A stretch of 64,000 nt of DNA from Camelus dromedarius (GCF_036321535.1 NC_087436.1:56732001-56796000), one strand, 5' to 3'. Shown: positions 25,761 through 39,588, numbered from the stretch's first letter. Numbers and translations are program-made. Notes: generated by a model from the sequence alone, not told the origin.

Positions 25761-27716
25761 GTGAAGACAGACATGACTTAGAGTGTACACCCTAAAAAGA
25801 GAAAAAAGATGAGACAGTATTTCCCCAATTGTATTATGTAGAATAAGGTATTAATAGATGTTTTTTAAATAAAGCAGTTCGTGGTCAAATATATTGTTTG
25901 GGAAACACGATTTAAACTATAGCAGTCCATTCACCTATTACATAATACGGCTCGTTTTCTGAACAGAGGACCAGCAATTTGAATTTGCTTTTTGAGTAGC
26001 ATCTCTTATTGTTGATACCAGAAGAAAAGGATGAGTAGGTTGTTTGTGGCTCTGGCAGGGTTACATACACTATCTCATTTGTGTCTCAACAATTCTCCAA
26101 GACAGTGGAGAATTATCCTCCGAGATGCTGAAGGGACACATTAGAGAAAACAAACACGAAAAAGCAAAAAAACTCCACAGACTCAGCCAAATTCTGTAGC
26201 TTTTCCAAGGTCAGAAGTTTTCCTGAGAGGGAACGACAGTGAAGGAGGTTGGTCTGCTAGTTAATTTCCCAGGGTGCCCATCTAAACATTCCTGGAAACA
26301 CTGAGAGGGAGAAAAACTGTAATTTACTAGGGTGATTCTTGGGGAGAGAACTTCATGAGGTTGAATGAGATACTTTAGATCAAGAATCACACTCAGGCTT
26401 ATCAAATACCAGTGCCTGTATTCCTCCTAAACAAAGTCCCAGCCCTTTGAATGCTTGACTCGGACATTTACAAACAGCTTTTAAGTTTAGTATAACTGCT
26501 CTACTTTGACAACAGCTGAAGTCAGTCTTGAGATAAACTGAACTGTGTTCTGGAACTTAGTCTATTGGCTCCCCATCGGGTTAGTGTGAGAAGGAAATTT
26601 ATTAATGTGAGAGTGAAATTTATCACAATCCTTTCAAGAAATTCTTTAGTGATTTTTCCCCTCTTTTTTAAATTTTCAAAACATTTCATTACAACCTGGA
26701 AGTCAAGCAAGTCAGGGCTCTCAAAGAAGCTGAGAGTAAAGTCAAATCACACAGGTTTCTGACATATAATAAATGTAATCGTTAGACGCCTAAAAAACAC
26801 AATTTCATCAACATTACTTTAGTTTGAACTAGTTTAAGAGCCTGAACACTTAAGACTTAAGCCAGAGAAGTCCATTCACATATTTCATAATGTGTCTTAT
26901 TTTGTGAACCATGGATTAACAACTTGAATGTAAGAAGCAGGTGTGAGCACTCTTGATAGGTCAAAACCTTAACACTACCCAGACAAGTCTCTAATTTCTG
27001 GGCACAGTACATGGCATGCGTGAATTTTGTTTCAATATGTTTTCCATAGTGATAGCTTAGAAAGTCCCATGGCCATAGCCGACCCAGACTTCCATTCCTA
27101 GGGGCAGAAGTATTTGCTGATGATTGAAAGGTCATGCAAAACAGATGTGAGGGCAGCTGGATTTTCCAGCTATGCTTCAGTGGACTTAGCAGTGGTGCCT
27201 GCCATTACCAAATAGCAGAGAGATTTTATTTCAATTGAGTAAAAAAAAAAATCTTAGGCAACCTTGTCAGCATAATTGGACGTATATGCAGTTTCTCACC
27301 AAGCTCTCACCTTTTCCATCTTCCACTCTTCAATCACAGCCTGGAACTAACTTCATCACACTGCAGAGGTAACAGTGAACTGGGTGTCAACGACCATAAC
27401 CTGTTTTCCAGCATGTTATAAATAGGTCATTATTGACCTCTGAGTACAGAAGTAATTGCAATTGTATTTCCTATGGACTTCTCATTTGTTTGGTATCACA
27501 TCTGGTGTTATCTCCACTTCAAACTAACTTAACTTACTCCCATTATCTTGTGCTTCTTTGAAACTGAACCAACAGAAAGAACAGCAAATGGTGCATTGCA
27601 GAGGGGGCTACCACATCACAAATTCCCTTGATGAACAGATGGTCCAATTGCAAACCTCCCAAATACTGACATCTGTGTGGCAGGCAACTGTACAAGTCAG
27701 ATAGATATGGCTTTTT

Positions 27717-28620
27717 AAAAAATTTTCATTTTTATTGAAGTGTAGTTGATTTACAATATTAATTTCAGGTGTAGAGCAAAGGGATTCAGTTATACATATA
27801 CATACATATATATATATATATATATTTAGATTCTTTTCCATTATAGATTATTACAAGAAATTGAGTATAGTTCCCTGTGCTATACAGTATATTATTGTTG
27901 TTTATCTGTTTTACATATAGTAGTGTGTATATGTTAATCCCAAACTCCTAATTTATCTCTCCCTCACCCCTTTCCCCTTTGGTAACCATAGTTTGTTTTC
28001 TGTCTGTGAGTCTGTTTCTGGTTTGTAAATAAGTTCATTTGTATCATTTTTTTTTTTTTAGATTCCACATATAAGTGATGTCATAAGATGTGTCTTTCTC
28101 TGTCTGACTTCATTTAATAATCTCTAGGTTCATCCATATTTCTGCAAATGGCATTATTTCATTCTTTTTCGTGGCCTAGTAGTATTCCATTACGCACGCG
28201 CACCCACATGCATATACACACATCTTCTTTCTCCAGTCATCTGTTGATGGGCATTTAGGCTGTTTCCATGTCTTGGCTATTGTAAATAGTGCTGCTATGA
28301 ACATTGGGGTGTATGTATCTTTTTGAATTGTAGTTTTCTCCAGATATATGCCCAGGAGGATTGCTGGATCATATGGTAAGTCTATTTTTAGTTTTTTAAG
28401 GAAACTTCATACTGTTTTCCATAGTGGCTGCACCAATTTATATTCCCACCAACAGTGTAGGAGGGCTCCCTTATATCCATACCTTCTCTAGCATTTATTA
28501 TCAATTTTTTAATGATGGCCATTTTGACTAGTGTGAGGTGACACTTGTAGTTTTGATTTGCATTTCCCTAATAATTAGTGCTATTGGGCATCTTTTCATG
28601 TGCCTGTTTGCCATCTGGAT
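27717..28620 (-). mobile_element. 5'-truncated LINE-1 with internal (TA)n
   Basis: tttttattgaagtgtagttgatttacaat...gttttgatttgcatttccctaataattag...gtgcctgtttgccatctg. Degenerate TSD gatatggctttt (27704) / gatacagctttt (28621). Confidence 0.9.
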
Positions 28621-29344
28621 GATACAGCTTTTAAGTTTTATATATTCTATCAAAATTAAGTAATTCCTAAAACTACCCTTTACTAACTGAATATATGGAA
28701 ATTCTCCCTTATTAAAAAGAGGGACTCTCAGGGAACGTGTAAGAAATAATAATTTTTCTCCCTAATCTTTTAAGAAGTCTAAGTCTCAGATTTTCCAGTT
28801 AATAACTATGTTGTTAGAGAATCATTTCTCTGAGTTTTCATTTTCTCATCTCTATTATGTGGGTTAAAAATACTTGACACCCAGTTTCTCCAATTATTAG
28901 AACCTTATAGTGTATTAGTATACCTTAGTGTAACAGATGAGATAACATGTTACACAAATTGCAATGACTTTACTATATGTAAGTTATTATTATAGAGCCA
29001 CTGGACTTGATCCTTCATGGTTTATTGTGAAGGGGAAATTGTTAATCTCTTTGCTTTCTATTACTGAATATGAAAGAATCCAGTTTTTCTCTTTGATAGG
29101 ACTTTAGGTTTATACAGAAAAACTTCTATTAAGTGATATTCCAATTCAATAGCACAAAGTTTCAATTAAGAATGTTTTACTCATTTTAGCTATAGGAAAG
29201 CATTACAGTATAATAAAATAAACTCATTTAAAAAACCTTTCTGTTATATCTTATAATATATCCAGTTAAATTCAGAACTGTTCGATTATACTGCATGTTT
29301 AGAGGGTAGACCTTGGAAAAAGCAATCAGTGCTTTATCGTGAGC

Positions 29345-29955
29345 ACAGTGTTAAGCTTCGTCAGCTGTCAGCCAAGGAAGCTGAAGGAATATTGCAGAAG
29401 TAAAAGGCTTCTCTTCCTGGGTCCAGGTGCTGCATCTTGCTTTTTCTTGCACCAGCAGCATGGTCCACTCATGGAGCACGTGGTTGGAGATACCTGGTGG
29501 AGATCTGCCCCAGCTATGCGTCTAGAGTGCACAGTCCCTCCGTGACCTCATATCCCTGACCACCTTGTCACAGGTCTCTTCATGTGGATATTGTGTACTT
29601 CAGGCCTTGCACCCATAGCAGTACCCCAGCTCCCTTTGCACACACCCACCCACCAATCTTAGCTTACCTGTATTCAGAGGGTTGTTTCTTAGCTCTGGGC
29701 AACTGAGGGTCAGCTCTGGTCCAGAAAACTTCTCTGTCGTGTGGGCTGCAACTACACTTCCTTCAACAAAGTCTGACCCCCTTGTAAGGTTGGCCTTCCT
29801 TGGGTCCCTTCTCTCAGCCCTATGTTACCCTTTAGAGCTCTTTTTATATTTTCATAGTTACTTTCCTATCATAGCTTAATAATTCTTCACATTAAACTTC
29901 TCCTGTTAGGTTACTGTTAGGTTATCTGTCTCCTGATGGGACCCAGGCTGAGTAA
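29345..29955 (+). mobile_element. Old ERVL-class LTR-like element (LTR16/LTR33-like)
   Basis: 3' end attaaacttctcctgtt...tgtctcctgatgggacccaggctga resembles ERVL LTR termini. Family and left boundary are uncertain. Confidence 0.4.
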
Positions 29956-32119
29956 TAAAACACATTTCCTCCCCAAGCTCTAATTTATACTCTCAACATC
30001 TATATTATGTTGATATATTGTTAAAGATCATCTAGAACTCCCTGATTCCAGCATAAGAAAGCTATAGTATATTCATATCATTGATTTATATCTTTTCAGG
30101 CATAAGTCCTGGGTTCACTTCAGTGCCTCTCATCTTGCTTATTAAGTTCATCTTTACTTGAAGCATTTAAGTAGTACCAGAAAAATTATTAAGCAGTTGC
30201 ATAATAATTTAACAGAGCAGAATAAATAAGTTTCAGCTGAGAAAGTCAGGATTACTTTAACTTATATTCCAAAGTTCATACCTGAAATGCTCCATGGATT
30301 CTCCTGCTCGCCATTTCATTCAACAAGGGGGGCCTGAGATTGTCCAGATTCTCAAGCAAACAGGATAGAGAAAGCTTCCAGGGTCAGACGACATTAATAT
30401 GAAGTCACCTAAGCAAAGACTTTTATTTGCACAGAAATTAATACTGGTAGAAGTCACTGGAGTTCAATTTACTTTCCTACTTACCAAGGGAACAGTTAGG
30501 CGTATCAGTGATACACCAGGAAAAAAATACTCCACAACTCTAAAGATACTATAGTCTACTAAAATACCTAAAACAGGCAAACAATGATATTTTTAAGTGC
30601 TTAGAAGAGTATCAGCTGTGTGTGCTTTACAAGCAAAAGAAAAAAGGAAAGAAAAAAATAAAAACAAACCTAAGTATATTTGAACTAGAAAGCAAATGTG
30701 ATCATTTAGAACATGAGGATGAAAAACTAACTTGGAACCCAATTATTAAAACAAAACTTTGTCCTTTGAAATATGGATCCATTAGAAACCACGTAAATCA
30801 ATTCGTGGAACTGGCACGGAAGTCATTTTCCTCAGGAACCAAAGAGAAATTGACAAATTATACTCTGTGAATTCTAACTAGTTTTATTTTTCTCCCCGAG
30901 GTCAGGGATCAGTGCTTTTCTCACATGGAAATGTTTTCTTCTTTACAACTAAGCAACAGCTCTGAGCTTTATTGTGTATGATTAACACAGTTACAGACAC
31001 AAGAAAATTTCCTTCTTGGCAATCATTTAATAGGGCTCCCCCAGATCTCTGCCATTAGTGCCAATCATTAAACACACCTTGCTTTTCCCCAGCTCTGTGC
31101 TGAAGGTGTGGAAGCCACACCTTTCTTATTAATCATCAGTGCAATCTTGCCTCCTTCTAAATCACAGACTAAAGAGTAAAAGTTCAGTAATATAATACCA
31201 CAGACAAATAGCTTATTCTACATTTGCTTCATAAAATGAACAGTTGCATGAATCAGACACTTGCCACATTAAAAATACTATGCCTATCTTCTTAGTATGG
31301 TAAATCTACAGGCTACTTTTGACCTGGAGGGAAAGTAATTCTCTCACAAACTTTTGGACGGGGTGCTTCCCGTGTTAAATGCCCTCATTCATGAGTACAA
31401 CACAAAACCGTACCAGTCTGAGATTTCTGTTGGGTAACCGTGTGTCCCAGCCCCTTTCCTCTTTTAAATTTTAAATACTGCAAAGGAACCATTTTCCCTG
31501 TGAGGCTCCCACACTTGGGATGAAACCCCCTCTGCGGAATTTTGGCACCTTATTAATTAGTGGTTATGAGTGGGAGCTGCTCTCTCTCAGCAACTCCTAT
31601 TCTGCCATCAGTCAAGGGTGATTCTGTAATAAATTCCCACGAAGCAAACTCTTTCTGGTAATTCTCCCTAATTAACACCAGGCCTGCTAATAATACATCA
31701 GGTCCTATGTGTTTCTGATATAACCAAGATCTTGTCTGAGAGGACTCAAAAAGGGAAACCGCCAACCTAAATTAAGCTTTTGCTGGCAAGAAGGATTTTA
31801 TATGTAGTTCTGTAAGAAAACCTTTGATAATCTTATACTGGGGACATTCTGACCAGAAAACATTGGACGACAGGGAGGCTTGTTCTGGTGTGAGCACTGA
31901 ATGGGGATTTATTGTGAACACACTGTTGAGTCTTAAGCCTATAAATCTTGTACTGGATTACTGTTTCTTAACGAAGGAATGACAGATCTCTTATTTTGTC
32001 GGTGCATTTTAATGTGCAATGACGTGATTGATAGAAACCAAGCAGCAGCTATTAAAATGTCAGATGCAGACTCGATGCCCTTATAAGTTTGGCTTCTGGA
32101 GTTTAATATACTGTGAGCA

Positions 32120-35100
32120 AATAGACTTGAATTTGTCTTTTATTTCCAGTATACAGCTTGCAACAGTAACATTCCTCTCAACTTTATACAGTTGGGAAAA
32201 AAATCTGAACTCAAACCAATAAACAAACAAGGAATAGGTGAGCCTACCTAGTTACAGAAAAGTTAGCTAATGAGATCAGGGTGAGTCAAGAATGAAGTAA
32301 CACACACTGGTCAATGAGAAAAGTGAGAATATAGATGATGATGGATGTTGTCTGAACATGACATATGATACAGTATAATGCTTGACATGACAGGTTATTC
32401 CAATAAGTGATTTCAGCAACAAATAATTTTTAAGACGATAGAGCGTACTGATCTATTAATTTACAACCACTTATTGTGTACATGCTACATGCAGAACATA
32501 AATATGGATTAAAGCAGAATAAATGTGACAGTATTTTCAAATATTTTGTTTCTGGGACATTTTGGCTGGAAAATACCATAAAAGAGGAATTCTCCTGAGA
32601 ATTATTACATCTCATCCTACCTTGTGAACATGTTTTTCCCCATGATGACTTAATGGAAACCACTTGCCGTCCAAAAAGAAAAACCAGGAGAGCTTGTCGA
32701 CATCACTGCAGCCATTTATTTATTGAGTATGTGCACACTAAGGTATTGCTATACTGATTATATTTATCATGTGGTTTTTAATTAGAAAACACATCCAAAA
32801 GAAAAATAGCACAGACATAAACAAACTGAAAAATGTAAAGAAACAGAAGATAGAGATTAATACATAAGACAAATGATACACTGAGAATCCAAATTCAATA
32901 CCTTAAAACTTACGGGGAACGAAGCGGGACAAACTGAAGCCACATTAAATTTGTATGAAATCATTCAGTGTGTTTTCCCTTCCTGTATGTCTGTAACACC
33001 TCTCCTTTCGACAGGGATGACTTAACTCCACGTATCACACAAATGTGACTATAACCCTAGATTCCCACTTGAAAGGGGAAGAATTATTTGCTGTAAAAGT
33101 GATACTAATACAGTACCCCTTGAAAATGGTATCAAAGAATTCCTTTTTGTTGTAGATCATTTTTAAACAATAATGCTGCACTAATATTTTGAAGATTTAA
33201 ACTCATTTCTATTTGTCTTAATACAGTGACCAAATTATTAGGGTTTAGTTTTAGACTCTAAATGGAACCTGTAACCTGAACCAATAGGAAATCTGCATGC
33301 TACAAGCATAAGCAGGGGGCATTATTTTCTGGCTGCTATTTCAGTAAGCAACATTCAGTCCTTGGAGAATGTTATATGTTTGAACCCATCATTAACATTT
33401 AGAAACTGGGAAATCCAAGTAGATGTTTTGGAATCATGTACTGTGATTTTCATCTGTACTACCCTAAGCACAGCATTCCAAAATATACAGCTAGAGAGAC
33501 TAAAGTAACACTCTACAATAGAGGTAATAATTTTAAAAAATGCTACTGATATGGAATATTTATAATCAGAAAAATAAATATTCAGGGAGCTCACCAGAAG
33601 AATAAAGTGCTCTGCCAGTTATTAAAAGATTACTGCTGGTGTATTAAATATGGCATTCCCCACTGTAAAATACAGAGATTCTTCTGGGTTATAATCAATA
33701 TTTATCTCACAGGATTCACTGTTTTAGCAACAAATAGAAGGCTTCGCCACAGAAGAGAAGGGCAAAGCACAAAGACAAAATGATAAATTAGGAAGCAACA
33801 TTATTCTTTTAGGGATAAAATCTAGAGAAATGCAACATTATGCTCCATGAATAATATGTAGAAATAAAAGTGTAATAAAAATGAAATCCTAATGTAAGAT
33901 AACTTTATAAGAAATTCAGGTCAAATAAAATTCTTTGAAGGAAATACCCAAATGCCATTGATTTATCAAATACTATCTTGACATATAATTGAGAAAGGTA
34001 AAACTAAATTTAAAAAAATCTCTACCACACCAAAACAAAACCACCAGCTTATTTTATGTCGTGTAAAGCGAAAGACTGACATTGATATGTGACAGTGCAC
34101 ATTAGCCAGCATGTCTTCTATAGGTGGTTTCAGCAGCAATAGGAAATAATGCACAATTCAGTTCCAGCTTTTAAAAAACAGAACAGAAAACTTCCTGCCT
34201 CCCTACAAGATGCAGGGTGAGGAGGTAGTCTGGGGTTGCTACTGGTGAAGCATTCAGTTTGCTACTTGGTATCACCTTTCTCATTCTTTTAGCCCCAGTT
34301 AATTATTATCTGCATATAATATAAATCTGCTAGACCATAAATTAGCAGCTTTCAAGGACAGATACCTTGAAAAGTTCTTAGGGAGGTTAAACAAATATTG
34401 TAGCCTTAAATCCCCCTCTCTGACAAACATACACACAGTGGAAGAGAAGTCGTAGGTGCCGGCTAGGACAGGCAGAGCTTGGGGCTCAGTGTCCACTGTA
34501 AGAGCACCTTCTCCAAACAAATTTAAACTATACCTTCCCGTGATCATGGGCTTCTGTTTGTTTTGGAAACAAAAAAACTATCAACAAATATCAACAGGAT
34601 CCATGATTCTACCACAATTGTTTTTCTGTTTTCATGTGGTAGCTGCTTATCTTTTCCCTAAAATAAAGAAAAAAGTAACAGGCCAGTCTGAGTAATTAAT
34701 CATGTTTCCCTCTATACTACCAAACCTCTGTGAATAAACATTTTCCAAACTGCGTGATTACAACTGGAAGTGGTTCATTTATTATTGAGAAAGAACTACT
34801 AAAAGAAAAAAAGAAATCTAAATTTTTATCACATTCCCCAAGCCAATCTTTTATTTTTCTGACGTAGAACTGAAGAACAAAATTATTCTGTAAAGAGAAC
34901 TTTCAAACTTCCATCAGTCAGGAGTACATCTCTGAAACGGATCTAACTGATGCATTGTCTGAAAAGGGGAAATTTTTTAAAAATTTTGATCCAATCCTCT
35001 CAGTTACCATAATTCCCAACCACATTCTTTTCTATTCATTCTCTTTAAAGAGAGAGAAAACCGTCAGAGTCCAAAGTTATTCAACTTGCTTTTTACCTCA

Positions 35101-35855
35101 GCATGAAGAAGGGGAAAAAATAAAGTTTGATATAGGTGGTGAAACATACATATGAATAAAAAGTTGTATTTTAATAAAAGACAAACATCTGAAATTTATA
35201 AGCTATATGGTGGCTTTTTTGGAGTGGGAGAATCGGAGAAAAATATAACATCTCTTATTGGCATAACACATTTTGATCAAAATCTCATTGGCCTTTCCTA
35301 CTGGAATGATCAACTTTACAGTTAAAGACAAAAAATGTATAGTTTTTTAAAAAATGACACCACCACTGATAAAATCCTCTGTTTAAACTCCTATTTACTG
35401 TTTTAAAGATAAACACTATTAAAAAAAAGTTTCACTTGTTGATTAAGTGTAAGGCATTTTCATTGCCTTTTATAGATTTACTCATAACTACCTAACAAGG
35501 AAAGAAGGCATAATTAATTATTTCAGCATAGAGGTTGAAGGTTTTTATTCTAAAATTTAATTCTTCACTAATTTATTCTAAGATGAACTTAATAGTCAAC
35601 CAGGAAATTGGTTTTTATAAAAGTTATTTTATGGGGAGAAAATACAGGAAAAAAGTAATAATAAATGCCAAACTGTCTCTTTATGAAGCCAAATATTTCC
35701 TCATAGATTTGGTTTTCAAAGCTTGGAATTTATCCCTTCAGGGGCACTAATTATTTTTCAAAACTCCATATAAATATTAAATCTAAAAATTAATCGGTAT
35801 TTTAAATCTCTTCTTTCTCTTCAGATTTTCTTCTCTTCTCCTGAATTGATGGCTT
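32120..35855 (-). other. PDLIM5: PDLIM5 long 3'UTR (distal end uncertain)
   Basis: AT-rich stretch after the stop codon with no recognisable interspersed repeats. The end is placed ~20 nt past the AATAAA at 32139-32144. Confidence 0.6.
32139..32144 (-). terminator. Candidate distal poly(A) signal AATAAA of PDLIM5
   Basis: tttatt on + is AATAAA on -. Alternatives occur at 31908-31913, 32715-32724 (overlapping pair), 34778-34783 and 35572-35577. Confidence 0.45.
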
Positions 35856-35945
35856 TCAAAAATTCACAGAATGAGCATGTTTCTTACAAAGTGGCTTGTC
35901 CTTCTTGGAGAAAAAGGTTTGACCTTCCAAACTTTCACAACATAC
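35856..35945 (-). CDS. PDLIM5: PDLIM5 terminal exon, coding part (90 nt including TGA): end of LIM3
   Basis: Acceptor cttctttttcag|. Encodes [29 protein letters not shown], with the stop TGA at 35856-35858. Confidence 0.98.
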   Translation of the reverse strand, partial: VCCESLEGQTFFSKKDKPLCKKHAHSVNF

Positions 35946-37341
35946 CTGAAAAAGAAGCATTATTTAAGAGAATTTCGGTATTTTATCAAGTGTACCCAAG
36001 AAGGGGAAAATGATTTTTCACCCGATGAAGAATATGACAAAGCACTTTAACTGGTTGTGTCTGACCTCTAACATTTCACGATTACCAGTATATTTCATGT
36101 AATCTTTCAAAAGCAATGAAGAATGACTTTCTCCTGGAATGCATTCTAATTTATTTAAAATTCACTGATTATTATTTTCCTTTACTGGGAATATTTGGCC
36201 CTAGTGAAAAAAATAACACATAAAGAAGTAACATTAATTTCTCTTCTCAAATTCTAATCAATGCTTTAAATCTGCCTCCTATTGTAGAGAACCAAAGCAT
36301 TCAGAAAAACAAACCCAAAACCCCAACACATTCCTAAGCCCCCAAACACACAGGCATAGAATACCTGAGAATTCTTTTTAATTCATTTCTTTGTTGCTTA
36401 CAGTGAAAACCCTAGTCAACATCTGGCTGCTGGATGATTATATCCTCAGTTAACTATGCACATTTAGGTCTTCTTGTCTTTCCCACTGTCTTTGTTAATT
36501 TTAATGCTCCTAAGCAGATCTACCAGAGAACAGGAGGAGGCAGATCTGCTACAAGTTGTTGCTTTTTATAGATTTTATGAAGTCTAAAAGATCAAGGAGG
36601 TAAACAAGACAGGGTTCAATGGTAATGTTAGGGGAAATCATTTGACTTCAATTAACAAGACTTTTCCCCCTTCATATAATGGCAGTGTACTGTAAACCAC
36701 TGAAGATACTAAATTGAATTAAAAAAAAAATCAAACAACTGACAATACCTTTATTAGATATTTACTTCTAAATTTAAATACTACACATCTTAGGTTAATG
36801 TTAATCTCTGAATCTATCCTCATCATTAAAATAAAACCAAAAATATTAAAATATCAAATGAAAGAGGCAATTAACTATATTACTGTATGTTCATTATAGT
36901 CTCAAAAAAGTATTCATAGACTATTGATAAGGAAACAGATCAAATATAGTGTACTCCAGTGATAAGTTAATATAAGATTTTTATAATTATTTACTTCTAT
37001 TTTAAGAAGTGTCTATGCTCCTCAAAATTACTAAAAACACACCAGTAAGAGAGTATTAAAAAAAAAAAGTAGAAGACTTACTGTTTTAAGAAATACATAG
37101 CTTCTCCTTATAGACAAAAATGTATAAAATATGATTTTTCTCTAAAGGGGTAAGCATCTTACTGTGTGCCAAATAATTTCAAAAAGTACCAAAACTTTTA
37201 ATAAACAACTTTCAAAATCAGTGTAAAAATACTTTAAAGTTTGAAGTACTGAAAAATATAAAAACTGTTATTTCCATTTAATGCCTAGGCTAGAACTGGC
37301 CATACTGTGCTCCTTTAATTTGGAAATAAGAGTTTACTTAC

Positions 37342-37457
37342 TGAGCATACAAAGCAAGTGTCATGCCAGGTATAGCCCAGAGCTTCCAGGAACATGTCGC
37401 CAGCTTCTATGGGAAATTCACATCCACGGCATATAGTACCAAAGAGGGCATAATAAT
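37342..37457 (-). CDS. PDLIM5: PDLIM5 coding exon (116 nt, phase 1 to 0): end of LIM2 and first part of LIM3
   Basis: Acceptor ccaatacag| and donor TCA|gtaagt. Encodes (D)[38 protein letters not shown]. Confidence 0.98.
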
Positions 37458-37639
37458 CTGTATTGGAGTGGGAGGAGACATAATTTAAATATGACAGTTT
37501 CTGGAAAACAGCAACAAAATTGGAATTCAATAAGATGATGAAGATAAAGTTACTAGTAACTAAAAAATTTGCAGATGGCATAATATTTTGCTTGAGATAT
37601 GTGTAGTATATTTCAGGTTACCCTTGGTAAATGGTATTT

Positions 37640-38300
37640 AGCAACTTAACATCTCTCCGGGCCCTAGATAATAGAATCTGATGCACATTCTTGAGTTGTT
37701 TTACAGATGCGAAAACCCCCACCAGATGGAAGATGTTAACTACCTGATGACTGTGATCATCCAGGCCTCCTGGAGCCTAAGGAATGATAACGTTAACCCC
37801 TGTGACACTGCCTTGTTACCTTGCCATCAACCAATCAGAGAACTGTGCACAAGCTTATCACAGACCTTGGGACGCCCCTCCTTCACTTTGCCTTTGAAAA
37901 TGCTTTGCTGAAACCCATCAGGGAATCTGGGCTTTTTGAGCACTAGCTGTTCTGGACTCCTCATCTGGTGCCTTATAAGAAACACTGCATTGGCCTTCAC
38001 CATAACCAGGTGTCAGTAGTTTGGCTTTTTTGCACAGGCGAGTGTGTTGCCGGAGAATATAGCTTCTTGTCTCGTGCAGGAAAGAATTTAAGAGCAAGGC
38101 ATAAAGTGAAAGCAGATTTACTCAGGGAGATACACCCTCCACAGACAGAGTGTGGCCCATCTCAGAAGGCAGGACAGGCAGCCCCAGGGTACGGGGGTTT
38201 TGGTTTTTATGGGCTGGGTAGTTTCATATGCTAACAAGTAGGAAGATTATTCCAACTGTTTTGGGGAAAGGGTGAGGATTTCCAGGAATTGGGCCCCAAA
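37640..38300. mobile_element. ERV1-class LTR (+) joined at ~38044 to a second LTR fragment (probably -), inside a PDLIM5 intron
   Basis: caaccaatcagagaactgtgcacaagc...gcctttgaaaatgctttgctgaaacccatcagggaatctgggctttttgagcactagctg, then an abrupt switch to tgttgccggagaatatagcttcttgtctcgtgcaggaaagaattt... Confidence 0.7.
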
Positions 38301-39392
38301 GCCAGCTCTAGTGAGAAGCATAGTGTTCACTCTAATGCAAACCATGAAGGTATTAAGCACATTCTGATTCATATTTAAACAAATATTATCATAACTATTT
38401 GAGGGTTGGGAGAAAGAAGATAAACCATTTTAGCTGGCAATGACAATGTCCAGGTGAAGGGTTAGAGTGAATTGGATTTAGTGGTGACAGCTGAGGTGAG
38501 AGACAAGCATGAGTTCAATACACACTTGGGGGAGAACGGTTAGGGTTTACTAATTAGATTGGGCAAAGAAGAGTCAAGTCAAGTCTCATTTGAGGCTGCT
38601 GACCAGCCTCAAATGAGAAGCGGACTGCTGCTGTAACTTGACCACTGTGGAATACTCCCTTCTTCCAGCATCATCCTTTGAATTTCAAGGTAGAACAACA
38701 ATAAAGCCCATGGTAGCAATGCAGTGGTACTGAGTGGATGCACAATAAGGGAATAATATTTTATGTTTTGAAACATGCATGTGTGGTAGTAATATCTAGG
38801 TAAGGGTAATAATAAATAAGTGTTATGAAAGTTCACTTACAGCCTTTGGAAAGGAAAAGAAAGTGTTCAGAGTTCAGGTAATAGGATAAATGTAGTAGAC
38901 TGGTCCTCAGAGCCTGGATTTTTAAAAATAATTTCACCAAGGGAGCAAACTAAACCAGGATTACCTTCCCATTCAGTAAAAGGAACAAAGGATTTCCAAT
39001 TTATTGTCAAGGCAGTTCCCTTAAAGAGCACATCAGTATCATATTCAAAACCTGAACACTTCTCATGTTTATAACCACTCAAAATTCACTAGTGGAGTGT
39101 AAGAGGTGGCTTTAAGCTACACGATTTGGTAGGATTAATACCCATAAGTTATTGGTGATTCAAGAAAAATAGTTCTCTAAGTAATTGCTTACGTGCTCAC
39201 TTCTCTTAATGAAGTGGGGAATATCTGTTTTGACAGTCACATTTGCTATACATTTAGAGTAATGTTAAGTGGGTCCTAAAACAATCAGTACAACTCTTTT
39301 GCCTAGTATTTCCTTTCAACTTTATAGCAATAAAAGGATTAATGTTTTATCTTCATTCAAAACTTAAGAAACTAATGTCTTCACGATCTTAC

Positions 39393-39513
39393 CGGTCTCA
39401 CAGTAGGGTTCACCATCCTCCAAGTGAAAAACATTATTACGAATAGGTTTTCCACAGGCCACGCACACAAAACAGGAAACATGCCAAGTTTGTTTCAAAG
39501 CATTGATGACTTC
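39393..39513 (-). CDS. PDLIM5: PDLIM5 coding exon (121 nt, phase 0 to 1): LIM2 body
   Basis: Acceptor ttttttctgacag| and donor G|gtaaga. Encodes [40 protein letters not shown]. Missed by the ORF track. Confidence 0.98.
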
Positions 39514-39588
39514 CTGTCAGAAAAAAGTAATTGGATGTAAAGAAAGATGAACGCTTATTGTACTAACTGTACCAACACAGCCCTTTTA

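Noticed and set aside
39561..39567. TACTAAC perfect branch-point motif next to an exon
   Set aside because: It is on the + strand, whereas PDLIM5 is transcribed from the - strand.
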